Positions 31,747 through 41,819 are shown, counted from the stretch's first letter. The stretch: DNA of 64,000 bases from an uncultured Erysipelotrichaceae bacterium (GCA_964442785.1 CAYTZW010000002.1:2457-66456), one strand, 5' to 3'. Program-made: numbers and translations. The notes: generated by a model not told the origin, from the letters alone.

Positions 31747-31778
31747 AGGGGTGTTTTGCATATTTTTTAATCTATTAC
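31747..31778. terminator. Bidirectional terminator between the PAP2 gene and surface-protein paralog A
   Basis: ATATGCAAggggtgttTTGCATAT flanked by A/T runs. A near-identical copy lies at 35584-35615. Confidence 0.7.
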
Positions 31779-31782
31779 GAAA

Positions 31783-34305
31783 TTAGTTATGTGCTTTTTT
31801 GTGTTTTTTAATGACAATTACTTCAATAGCTAACAAAGAAGAAATTATAATCATTGAAACAAATATCATATAGTTAGATTTTGTAATATTTTCTTTAATT
31901 ACAATGTTAGAAGTAGATAAGGTAACAGGTTTAGTACTTTCTTCTTCAACAGGAGTTTCAGTTTCTAATTCGAGAGCAAATGTTATAGTAGAATTGCCAC
32001 TATTTGTAATATTAATAGACCTAGATTTAGTGAAAATAGTTGCTAAGTTTGTACCACTTAATTCTACATACAACTTGACTTCCCCTATTAATCCTTGTGG
32101 AGTAACTAAAGAAGATGTAAAGAAAGAAGAAGCAGCGATGCTAACCCCATATTTATCAAAAGCATCACTTAAATTACTATCATATAAATCAGGTTTACCG
32201 ATAAAATATCTGATAGTTCCATTTTTATATGCTTCTTGAATACTGTTAGAAGTTGCTTTTGTAAAAGTTATTTTTCCATTGCTAATGGAAGCGGTTGCAA
32301 AAATATTACTCATTGTAGGTGGCAGTATTGTATACGAATATCTTAAATAAGAAGATGCAAAAGACATACTGGTGTCAGGAACTTTTCCTGAATAGGTTGC
32401 AACATTATCAGCATTATCCTTTCCTACATTATAAATCCATAAATAATAAGTTCCTTGTTCTGAAACTATAGGAGCTGTAGTAGTAAAAGAAACATTATAA
32501 GCTGTATTTGATGTAAATGTTCTTACAAAACTCGAATAAGAAGGAGCGGAAGTTGAATTGTTCCAAGCATACATATATTGAGTAGGAGAAGAACAATCAT
32601 ATATACCAGAACTAGCTGATTGATTTTTTTCTTCTGTTAATTGAAAACTTATTGAGGAACCTGAACTAATAGTAGAAACATTACTTGTATACCAAACAGG
32701 TTTTGTTTTATCAATAGTTAAATATACAGATACACCATTTCCTGTTTTATCACTGACTAAGATTTCATAAATTCCTTCATCAGATAAAGTTCCATATGTA
32801 TAACTCGTTCCTGCTGAGTCTAAACTTGTATATTCTTCATAAGCACTAAGTGTTTCAGAAACAGTAACGCCTAAAAGAGCTTGATTATCAGTAATTATTA
32901 AAGAACAAGATGCATTTTTATAAGTAGGAGAACTTGAAGAAGTAGACAACACTGTTCCACCACAAGTAACACTAGGAGCGGTATTATCAATAACTAAATA
33001 TCCAGTCGTAGTATTACCAGTGGCGTCTTTGACGATAATTTTATAACTACCTTCAGTAGATAAAGTACCATAGGTGAATTTTGTCCCTGAAATTGCATCT
33101 GTTACATCTCCATAAATTTCATATTGTGATAATGCTTTATTATCGGTAAATACTAAAGAACAAGATTTGCTATAACTTGGAGAAGTAGATGAAGACGAAA
33201 GGGTAATTGAACCACATTTAATCACAGGAGCTGTTGTATCTAAAATAAGGGTAAAAAGAACTTCGGTATAGTTTCCTGATGTATCATAAACCGTAAAAAG
33301 ATTTCCACCCTCAAGTAAAGAACCATAGGTATAACTAGTACCTGATATTTCTTTATCCGAATAAGAGCCATTTTCTATTTCTGCAGTAAATTCTGATAAT
33401 CCAATATTATCTTTAAAAATTACTGTACAAGATGAATACAAGGTTACACTTGTGGTGGTAGAATAGGTATTACTACCACAAGTAATGGTAGGTGGAGTTG
33501 TATCTGATGATACAGTAAGGTGAACAATAAAAGAAATTTCTCCTTTACTATAATATATACCAGCAGTAATTTTATAGGTACCTGGGGATAAAGTATAAGC
33601 ATTTTCATAAATAGTTAAGCTATCAGTAACAGTTTTTCCAAAAGTAGTGGTTCCTGAAATTTCAAAATGGTCTCCACTTAACATAACATTCGTGGCAGAA
33701 GTAGTTAAGTATAATTCTTTTCCTTTTTGTTCAAGAACATAATAATATGTTCCGTCAACACCTATGAGACTATCAATTCCATTGTATACATTTGTTTCTA
33801 TGTAAACATTTAAAGTAATTTCACATATCCAATAATAATCATAACTGTCATTAATAAGTGTAACATCAGCTACTACAATATTAAAAGAACCTTCATATAA
33901 ATAAATTTCAAACTCTCCACAAAAATAATCAGAAGGGTCATCATTACCCATATATTCATAGTTAGAACCACTGCTAGCAGAAAATCCACCGTCATCTGTA
34001 TATGCGTGTAACATAACAAAATCGCCTTCCCTTATAATTATATCTTCGGTAAAAGAATAATATCCACTATCATCAGGATCATATAAATTTTCATTCCATT
34101 TAAAATCATAAGCATTATTATATAACTTTTGTCTAAAACTATTATCAGAATGAACATTTGCTGTTGCAGCTGCGTTTCCTGTTTCATTTGGAACATCTCC
34201 AGACCAGTCATTAGCTTTTGCCATATTATTTGACAAAAATACTAGACTTATAAAGGACAAGCATAACGATAATAAAATTATTCCTACTCTATTCTCCTTT
34301 TTCAT
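31783..34305 (-). CDS. Surface protein paralog A: signal peptide, HYR/DUF5011-like Ig-fold repeats, conserved C-terminal module with TM anchor and basic tail (KKHKKAHN)
   Basis: Start refined to MKKENRV, which has a GGGGGTG RBS. Repeats of about 95 aa begin DTTAPxIxCG and carry D-x-x-GN motifs. The C-terminal roughly 200 aa is near-identical to paralog B. Confidence 0.7.
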   Translation of the reverse strand: MKKENRVGIILLSLCLSFISLVFLSNNMAKANDWSGDVPNETGNAAATANVHSDNSFRQKLYNNAYDFKWNENLYDPDDSGYYSFTEDIIIREGDFVMLHAYTDDGGFSASSGSNYEYMGNDDPSDYFCGEFEIYLYEGSFNIVVADVTLINDSYDYYWICEITLNVYIETNVYNGIDSLIGVDGTYYYVLEQKGKELYLTTSATNVMLSGDHFEISGTTTFGKTVTDSLTIYENAYTLSPGTYKITAGIYYSKGEISFIVHLTVSSDTTPPTITCGSNTYSTTTSVTLYSSCTVIFKDNIGLSEFTAEIENGSYSDKEISGTSYTYGSLLEGGNLFTVYDTSGNYTEVLFTLILDTTAPVIKCGSITLSSSSTSPSYSKSCSLVFTDNKALSQYEIYGDVTDAISGTKFTYGTLSTEGSYKIIVKDATGNTTTGYLVIDNTAPSVTCGGTVLSTSSSSPTYKNASCSLIITDNQALLGVTVSETLSAYEEYTSLDSAGTSYTYGTLSDEGIYEILVSDKTGNGVSVYLTIDKTKPVWYTSNVSTISSGSSISFQLTEEKNQSASSGIYDCSSPTQYMYAWNNSTSAPSYSSFVRTFTSNTAYNVSFTTTAPIVSEQGTYYLWIYNVGKDNADNVATYSGKVPDTSMSFASSYLRYSYTILPPTMSNIFATASISNGKITFTKATSNSIQEAYKNGTIRYFIGKPDLYDSNLSDAFDKYGVSIAASSFFTSSLVTPQGLIGEVKLYVELSGTNLATIFTKSRSINITNSGNSTITFALELETETPVEEESTKPVTLSTSNIVIKENITKSNYMIFVSMIIISSLLAIEVIVIKKHKKAHN

Positions 34306-34361
34306 AAATAACACCCCCAAGATTGCATCTTTTGTAAGTATACATCTCTTTTACATTGTAC

Positions 34362-34390
34362 ATTATATATATATATATATATAAATGCAA
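34362..34390 (-). promoter_or_regulatory. Predicted sigma-A promoter of paralog A: TTGCAT, then a 17-nt spacer made of T plus (TA)n, then TATAAT
   Basis: Read directly from the sequence. The (TA)10 tract at 34364-34383 forms the spacer and the 5' part of the -10 hexamer. Confidence 0.55.
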
Positions 34391-34414
34391 CTTTTCAAAA
34401 TTTGATAAAAAATT

Positions 34415-34434
34415 TATATATCTTTAGATATATA
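34415..34434. promoter_or_regulatory. Perfect palindrome TATATATC-TTTA-GATATATA 24 nt upstream of the paralog A -35
   Basis: An identical palindrome sits at the same distance upstream of the paralog B promoter (39173-39192). Confidence 0.4.
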
Positions 34435-34527
34435 AAAATATATAGGTATTGTTATATTCGCAAATTTTAAAATTTTATTATCTATTTAACCATTAAATGT
34501 TTTATAATTGTGCTAGGAGGGTAATTA

Positions 34528-35559
34528 ATGGATAATAAACCAATGAAAAGCAGTATTGAAATTGATGACATTTTTGTCAACATTAAAGAATTAGTAATTA
34601 ATAGTAGGAATAAAGTATACCAAACGGTAAATACTGAAATGCTTAATTTGTATTAGAATATAGGAAAAGCAATTATTGGAATACAATTAGGCGATGAAAG
34701 AGCAAATTATGGTGATGCTGTTTTGGAAAAGTTGTCAGAAAAATTAACTAGTGAATTTGGAAAAGGATTTTCTAAGAGAAATCTTGAAAGAATGCGAAAA
34801 TTTTATATATGTTTCCCAATTACGACAACAGTGTCGTCGCAATTAAGCTGGTCTCATTATTTAGAACTTATCAAAATTGAAGAAGAACCAAAAAGAAATT
34901 TTTATTTTAATGAATGTATTAATTCTAAATGGAGTGTTCGAGAACTCCAAAGACAAAGAAACTCCCTGCTTTATGAAAGATTGATTTTATCCGCTGATAA
35001 AGAAAAAGTATTGGAATTATCGGAAAAAGGTCAAATATTGAAAACAAGTAAAGACTTAGTAAAAGACCCTTTTGTATTAGAATTTTTGGATATAAAAGAA
35101 AATACCAATTATTTAGAATTTGATTTAGAAAAAAATATTATAGAACATTTAAAAGAATTTTTGCTTGAACTTGGAAAAGGATTTAGTTATGTCGGAAATC
35201 AAATGAGATTAACATTAGAAGAAGACCATTTTTATCCTGATTTAGTATTTTACAATAGACTTTTAAAGTGTTTTGTAATCATTGATTTAAAAATAGGAAA
35301 AGTATCACATCAAGATATTGGACAAATGCAAATGTATGTAAATTATTATGATAGAGAAATTAAGCAAGCTGATGAAAACGCAACAGTTGGAATTTTACTT
35401 TCAACAGATAAAAATGAAACTGTCGTAAAATACACTTTACCTAAAGATAATAAAACTATTTTTTCTTCAGAATTCAAATTGCATATGCCAACTGAAGAAG
35501 AATTAATTAATGCCATAGAAGAAGAAAAGAAGAACTTTAAATTGAATGAAAAATAATAA
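34528..35559 (+). pseudogene. DUF1016/YhcG-like (PD-(D/E)XK nuclease family) gene with an in-frame amber stop at codon 43
   Basis: AGGAGG RBS, then ATG at 34528. The product reads ...EMLNLY*NIGKAIIG..., whereas the family has LYWEIGK, so TGG (Trp) has become TAG at 34654-34656. Downstream are DUF1016 motifs FGKGFSKRNLERMRKFY and QLSWSHYLEL. The track ORF 34723-35556 is the 3' portion. Confidence 0.6.
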
Positions 35560-35583
35560 AGATTTATCTGATAAGAAAAGCAA

Positions 35584-35615
35584 AAAATATGCAAGGGGTG
35601 TTTGCATATTTTTTA
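35584..35615. terminator. Terminator hairpin, copy of the 31747-31778 element
   Basis: ATATGCAAggggtgttTGCATAT followed by TTTTTT. Confidence 0.65.
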
Positions 35616-35700
35616 AATCTATACGAAATTAGTTGTGTGCTTTTTTATGTTTTCTTTATGACAATTAAACCACATAGACATTATTTCTATTAGATATGTA
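35616..35700 (-). pseudogene. Remnant of the 3' end of a third surface-protein paralog
   Basis: The minus strand encodes ...GLIVIKKT* followed by the same 3' flank as paralogs A and B (compare EVIVIKKHKKAHN* and EVIVIKKHKKAL*). No upstream ORF. Confidence 0.5.
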
Positions 35701-35831
35701 ACTATGACTTTAATACATTTTTTTTGCATATTATCAATCAAACAGTTTTCGCAGTTAATTACGAAAACTATTGTGTTTTTAAAACTTTTCGTTCATTTTT
35801 GCAAAATAAGTTTTTTCATTATTTTAAACTA

Positions 35832-38800
35832 TTATAATGCTTTTTTATGTTTCTTTATGACAATTACTTCAAGTGCTAACAAAGAAGAAATTATTATCAT
35901 TGAAACAAATAACATATAATTAGGTTTTCTAATATTTTCTTTAATTACGATGTTAGAAGTAGATAAGGTTATTTCTTTAACTTCATTACTAGCCACTTCA
36001 GTTTCTGAAGAATTAAAGATTATATTAGCACTACCAGTATTAGTTATATTAATACTACCTGATTTAAGAATAAGAGGATTTGTATCTTTATCATCTAATT
36101 TAAGCATAATGTATAACTCAACATTTCCTATTAATCCTTGAGGAGTAGTTATTGCTCCTTTTTCAAAGAATTTAGACGCTGGCATATTATTGGAAGGACT
36201 ATAAGTAACTCCATATTTTTTAAATCCGTCTTCTAATAAAACATCAGTAGAATAGTTACCATATTTACCTACAAAATAAACCGCTATTCCATTTTTATAT
36301 TCTTCTTGGATATTATTATTTCCTGATATAGTAAAGGATATTTGTCCATTGTTAAGCTTAGCATCGTTTATAATAGCCTTACTAGGAACGGTTCCGTCAT
36401 CATTTATCTCAATAGCAATAGAAGTCATATTACCTGCATAATCATAAGCACTAATACTATATGAACCTGCTGAAGATATAATATATCTATCTCCTGTTCC
36501 TGTGTAATTATCCGCTCCTGATACTACATAGTTTTTAAACATTTTATCTTCAAAAAATAACGTTAAGGGAACATTACTATGATAACTTATTTGCTTATCT
36601 TCTAGTACTTCTCCACTAGAAGAATTAAGTCGTATATTAGGAGATGTGGTATCTGCTAAAATAGTGTATTTATATTTTAATGTACCATAATATATTTCAC
36701 TATAATAATGAGGAGTTTTCCCTGAAAAAATTGCAACATTGCCTGAAGTATCTGCTCCTCGATTGAAAATCCAAAGATAATATGTCGTATTTTGAGTAAC
36801 TTTTGGAGCAGTTGTCATAAATGAAACTTTTGTAGTAGTGGTAGATATAAATGCTGGCTTTAAATCCCAAGTTGGTGATTCAGTATCGCTTATTGACCAA
36901 TCGTACCAATAAGTATAAGTACCATTATACAATTCAATATTATCTGTAATTTCAAAATAAATAGGGGTATTTGTTACTACTTCATTTATATCTTCAGTAT
37001 ACCAAACTGGTGGTTCTGTATCTGCATCAGTATCTGTATCTGTATTAGAGCCACTTGAAACATTAATAGTATATTTGTATTTAACATAATCAGTATAATA
37101 TGAAGTTGAATAATAAGGCTCTTTTCCTGAAAAAGTCGAAATATTGCCTACATAGTCTTTTCCTATGCTAGAAATCCATAAGTAATAGGTTTTACTATAA
37201 GTAACCATTGGTGCTGTAATTGAAAAAGAAACTTTTGTAGCAGATGTTTCTATAAAAGTGGTTAACCAAGTAGGTTTAGAATTTTTTGTAGTAGACCAGC
37301 CATAACAATAAAATTCACTTGCAGTTAGAAAACTATATAGACGTCTATTATCGGTTAATTGTACATATACACTATCTCCTGAATTGATTTCCGTTACATC
37401 TTCAGTATACCAAACTGGAGCTTCTGTATCATTACTATCTGCCAAAACAGTATAGTTATATATAACTTTGCTACTATAAGAAGTGTTACTAGATGCTGGG
37501 GATTTTCCCTTAAAAGTTGCAAGATTGCCAGCAGCATCTTTTCCTTGGTAATAAATATAAAAACTATATACAGCATCTTCTGTTACATATGGTGCTTTTA
37601 TGCTGAAACTAATAGTATTTGAAGTTTGCAAAGTGAAATTTGATTCAAGAGTGGAAGTATACCAACCATATTTATAATAAGTTGATGCAGATGAAAAACC
37701 CCATATTTTTTTATTATCAGTTAATTGAAAATTAAGAATAGTTCCTGAGTTGATTTCCGTTATATCTTCTGTATACCAAACTGGAGCTTCATTATCTTCT
37801 TTAATGTGATATTCATATATAAGGTATAAATAATCCCCGCAAGAATATGGTTCTTTTCCTGAAAATGTTGCAACATTACCTGCTAAATCCTTGCCTCTCT
37901 TATAAATCCATAAATAATAATTTGTATTAGATTTTACAAATGGTGCAGTTGTAGTAAAAGAAATCTTTGTTGGCGATACTATAGAATATTTATACGACCA
38001 AGAAGATGGAGTTTCAGTAGAACTAGTGGACCAACTATAGCCATAATAGGAATAGTCTCTATTAGCATACCTATAATATTCTATTTCAAATAAGTCTGTT
38101 AATTGAAAATTTAATTCTTGACCTGATTCTATTTCATAAATATCATCTGTATACCAAATTGGTGCCTCATCATCACCAATAATATAATATTCATACACAA
38201 CACACGAGTCATATGTATCTCCATATGAAATAGGTTGTTTTCCTGAAAATGTTGCAAGATTTCCTGAATCATCTTTACCTCTATGTTGAAGCCACAAATA
38301 ATATATTCCACTTTCAACTTTACTTGGTGTTGTTTTAAAATGATACATACTTGAAGAATGACCAATATATTGTTCGGACCAATATGATGGTTTTGTGGAA
38401 GAACTAGTAGACCAACCATATCGGTAATAATATGAATAGTAAGTAGAAGTAGAAGTTTCTTCTTCAATATAAATATTTGTTCCTGTTAATTTAAATTCAA
38501 GAGGTGTCCCACTATATATTTTATACAAATCATTAGTATTCCAAACAGGAGCGGTCGAAGAAGTAGTTCCACCAGAACTGCTTGACCCACCTGAAGAACC
38601 AGAACTGCCTGATTCACTCGAACTACCCGAACTACTTTCTATTATTTTTGTAACTGTTATCGTGATATTATAAGTAACATAAACTTCCTTATTGGAGCCA
38701 TAATAATCAATAACAGTAAAAGTATAAGTTCCTGTTGTATTTAAATTATAGTAATAATCTCCTCTTAAAGTTACACAAGAAGAATAATATCCACAATAAG

Positions 38801-39057
38801 AGCCATTATCGGCAACTATAGTAACTGAAACTGGTCCTTTTAAACTAAGACTTTTGGTAACAACATCACCTTTTTCATACATAACGCCATAATATTCATA
38901 TGAATTTCCTTCAGCATCATCTATCATAATGCAAGCATTTTCTTCCAAAACATCATCAACTCCTGCTTTTATGTTTTGACTTGTTACCAAAAACATACCT
39001 AAAAAAGCCATAAATAAGGCTAATAAAGCTACTTTTTCCTTTTTCATATATAACACC
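35832..39057 (-). CDS. Surface protein paralog B (about 1075 aa): signal peptide, Ser/Gly-rich linker, 5-6 repeats of about 115 aa of a HYR/DUF5011-like module, conserved C-terminal anchor module
   Basis: Start refined to MKKEKVALL, which has a GGGGGTG RBS. Repeats read APVWYTEDIxEIxSG...QLTD...YYLWI..GKD.AGN.ATFSGK. The C-terminal module is near-identical to paralog A. Confidence 0.7.
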
Positions 39058-39109
39058 CCCAAGATTATGTCTTTCACACCCAAAAGTACATATCTTTTTC
39101 ACAAAGTCC

Positions 39110-39148
<39 letters not shown>

Positions 39149-39172
39149 CTTTTTAAAATTACAAGAAAGGTT

Positions 39173-39192
39173 TATATATCTTTAGATATATA
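39173..39192. promoter_or_regulatory. Palindrome TATATATC-TTTA-GATATATA, second copy
   Basis: Identical sequence and spacing (24 nt from the -35) as at 34415-34434. Confidence 0.4.
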
Positions 39193-39232
39193 AAAAAGAT
39201 ATTAGCACCTATCCTTTAGTATCACTAATATC
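39186..39232 (-). terminator. Terminator after psd
   Basis: AAGATATTAG stem, 19-nt loop, CTAATATCTT stem, followed on the minus strand by TTTTTTAT. Confidence 0.5.
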
Positions 39233-40081
39233 TTATTTTTTAATTCCTATTTTTTCTCCACATAAAACATAAGTTTCTACTTCTGCTTGAGTATTTATAA
39301 AAAACTCCTCATCAAGTTTTATTTTATTTTCTTCAACTAGCACTACAATCGTAGAGCCACCAAATTCAAATTTGCCTTTTTCCATACCTTTTTGGAAAGA
39401 CCCTTCATTGTGATAATTAACAATTCTTCCTACCATCATTGCCCCTACTTCCACTTGAGTTACATCTCCAAAGTTTTTTGTATGCATTATTGTATATTCA
39501 CGACAATTTTCACTAAAAACTTTTCTTTTTGACAAAGCAAAAGGTTGTACCGTATGTAATTTCCCTTTAATAAAAACATTTTCCCCTTTATCGCAATCAT
39601 CAAGATAAAAATATCGATGATAATCTTCCACTGCTAATCTAAAAACTAAACACAAACCATTTTGATATTTAGCGGCAAGTTCTTTATTTTGTAATAACGT
39701 TTCAACATTATACTTAAAATCTTTTATAACAAACTCCGTTTTCTCATTTATAGGAAAAACAGTCATTTTCCCGTCGCAAGGAGCAATAAAAGCATCATCA
39801 CTATAATCAAATGGTCTTTTATTTTCTTTTATTTTACGGGTGAAAAAATCATTAAAACTAACATACTCTTTTTCTTCAAATTGATTCATATCAATATTAT
39901 TATTTTTTATGTATTTTCCAATTCTTCTTTTAGACAATTTGCTATCTAAATATTTACCCACTAATTTAGAAATCCACCTTTGAGTTAAAAAATACAAACA
40001 TAAGTTTCCTAATAAAGTATTATATAAAAATTTAACGGATTTAGGGGTTTTTAGTTCTTCTTTTTTTAAAGTCTTACGCAT
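39233..40081 (-). CDS. psd: Phosphatidylserine decarboxylase proenzyme
   Basis: 282 aa with the FGGST self-cleavage motif and other PSD-family conservation. Confidence 0.8.
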   Translation of the reverse strand: MRKTLKKEELKTPKSVKFLYNTLLGNLCLYFLTQRWISKLVGKYLDSKLSKRRIGKYIKNNNIDMNQFEEKEYVSFNDFFTRKIKENKRPFDYSDDAFIAPCDGKMTVFPINEKTEFVIKDFKYNVETLLQNKELAAKYQNGLCLVFRLAVEDYHRYFYLDDCDKGENVFIKGKLHTVQPFALSKRKVFSENCREYTIMHTKNFGDVTQVEVGAMMVGRIVNYHNEGSFQKGMEKGKFEFGGSTIVVLVEENKIKLDEEFFINTQAEVETYVLCGEKIGIKK

Positions 40082-40082
40082 T

Positions 40083-40763
40083 CTAAATTACCCAAAATTT
40101 TAAAACTGCTAAGAATATTAATAGTAAAGCAACACCCAACAAAATCTTCATAATGGTTTTGAACCCAACTTTTGGTATTCTAAATTTCAAAATGAAAGCG
40201 AATGCTACTACTATATATCCTATTAGCATTGTTAAAGTATAGCCTAAAGACCCATTTGAAAACATAGTTGCTATTAAATAACAAGCCGGTATGATAACAG
40301 CAGCATTAGTTACTGGTAATCCGTCATAATATTTTCTTTTGCCACAATCTTCTTTTTCGGTTCTTAATATTTCAGTTACATCAAAATACGCTAATCTAAT
40401 TAAAGCACACAAAACATAAAGAATGAAAATAGGAAGAAAATACCACCTGTTAATTCCCATACCAAACATAATCGCCGTAGGTGCTAAACCAAAAGCAATT
40501 AAATCTGATAAGGAATCAATTCTTTCACCAAACATTAAATCTTCTTTACTTCTATTTTTTCTAGTTCTGGCAACCATTCCATCAAAGGAATCGCATATTC
40601 CTGAAATAAGTAAACAAATAACTCCAATATATGGTAAAGGTTCTTTATTCCCCCCCCACCGAGAAGTAAATTCCAACCACACCTGCCGCAACAGACATAT
40701 AAGTTAAAATAACTCCATAATGATAAAATCCTAAAAAAGGACATTTTGATTTACTTTGCATAA
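40083..40763 (-). pseudogene. pssA: CDP-diacylglycerol--serine O-phosphatidyltransferase (pssA) interrupted by a +1 frameshift in a G8 tract
   Basis: The N-terminus MQSKSKCPFLGFYHYGVILTYMSVAAGVVGIYFSVGG is in one frame and stops after the G8 run at 40650-40657 on the coding strand. The track ORF 40083-40691 (GGNKEPLPYIGV...CDSFDGMVAR, a CDP-alcohol phosphotransferase motif) follows in another frame. Removing one G gives a continuous protein. Confidence 0.6.
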
Positions 40764-40775
40764 TACAACCTCCAA

Positions 40776-41819
40776 TTAAATTTCTTTAATAACCTTTTCT
40801 TTTTTATAAAACAAATGATAGCAAATCGTAAAAATACCACTTATAAGCATATTCAAATAATAAGCTATGATTCTTGTAATCATTACGGCTACCACTATAA
40901 AACTTTCTGAAAAAAACAATCCAAATATATTAAGATATAAATACTCATACGCTATTGAACCACCTGGCAAAGGTATTGAATTATAGCCTAACAAAACTAA
41001 TGATTGTAGAATAAATACTTCCCAAAAAGAACAATCTATTCCAGCCTTACAAACAAAACAAGAAATCATAACTTGTGAAGACCTTTGAGCCACATTTAAA
41101 ACTACAACAGGCAACAATATCTTTTTATGTTTTTTCAATTCTTCATAACAACTGCTATATTTATCAATAACACCATCTATTTTTCCTAACCATTTATCTT
41201 TTCTTCTAACTATTCTTATTTTAGAAAGAAAATTAACCATTCCATAGCAAAACTTTTTAACCAAAGAGGCCTTGCATATACAAAGAACAAAAAAGCTTAA
41301 CAACAAAATTTGAGAAACAAATCCTAAAATAATTAAAGTTTTTACAAAAGCCGATAATTGTAAAAAGGTATCAAATCCGAAAATCATTGCTACGCTACCA
41401 ATAATAAGAATAGCTAAAGTATAACCTATAAGATTAAAAATCAAAGAAAATCCGGTTGTACCACCTGAAATTCCATCTCTTACCATATAGAAAGCACTTG
41501 CGGGTTGACCTCCAGTAGCAGAAGGTGTAATCGCTGAATAATATGTATCCGCAGTAGTATAAGCTATTGAAGATATAAATCGAGGTTTATATCCAAATTT
41601 ATTTAAAATGACATCTAAACTTATAGCTTCAAATAAAATGAATAAAAGCCAACAGCAAAAAGCTAAGACTAAATATTCTATCTTAGCAGAAAAGAAAAAG
41701 TTTTTAATATTAGAGAAATTAAGCTCTCCTGTATTTTTAGATAATATATAAATCGTTAACACTAAAAGCAGAACTACAAAAAGAATATTTGCTAACTGTT
41801 TTTTTACATTTTTCTTCAT
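40776..41819 (-). CDS. Polytopic membrane protein, UPF0104 / lysylphosphatidylglycerol-synthase TM-domain-like (flippase-like)
   Basis: 347 aa with 8-10 TM helices, directly upstream of pssA-psd. Confidence 0.45.
   Translation of the reverse strand: MKKNVKKQLANILFVVLLLVLTIYILSKNTGELNFSNIKNFFFSAKIEYLVLAFCCWLLFILFEAISLDVILNKFGYKPRFISSIAYTTADTYYSAITPSATGGQPASAFYMVRDGISGGTTGFSLIFNLIGYTLAILIIGSVAMIFGFDTFLQLSAFVKTLIILGFVSQILLLSFFVLCICKASLVKKFCYGMVNFLSKIRIVRRKDKWLGKIDGVIDKYSSCYEELKKHKKILLPVVVLNVAQRSSQVMISCFVCKAGIDCSFWEVFILQSLVLLGYNSIPLPGGSIAYEYLYLNIFGLFFSESFIVVAVMITRIIAYYLNMLISGIFTICYHLFYKKEKVIKEI

Noticed and set aside
40083-40691. Track ORF starting MRQVWLEFTSRWGG, taken as an independent 202-aa CDP-alcohol phosphatidyltransferase gene
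   Set aside because: Its N-terminal 13 residues are out-of-frame translation. The true N-terminus (MQSKSKCPFLGFYHYG...) lies upstream in another frame and joins at the G8 tract, so this is reported instead as a frameshifted pssA.
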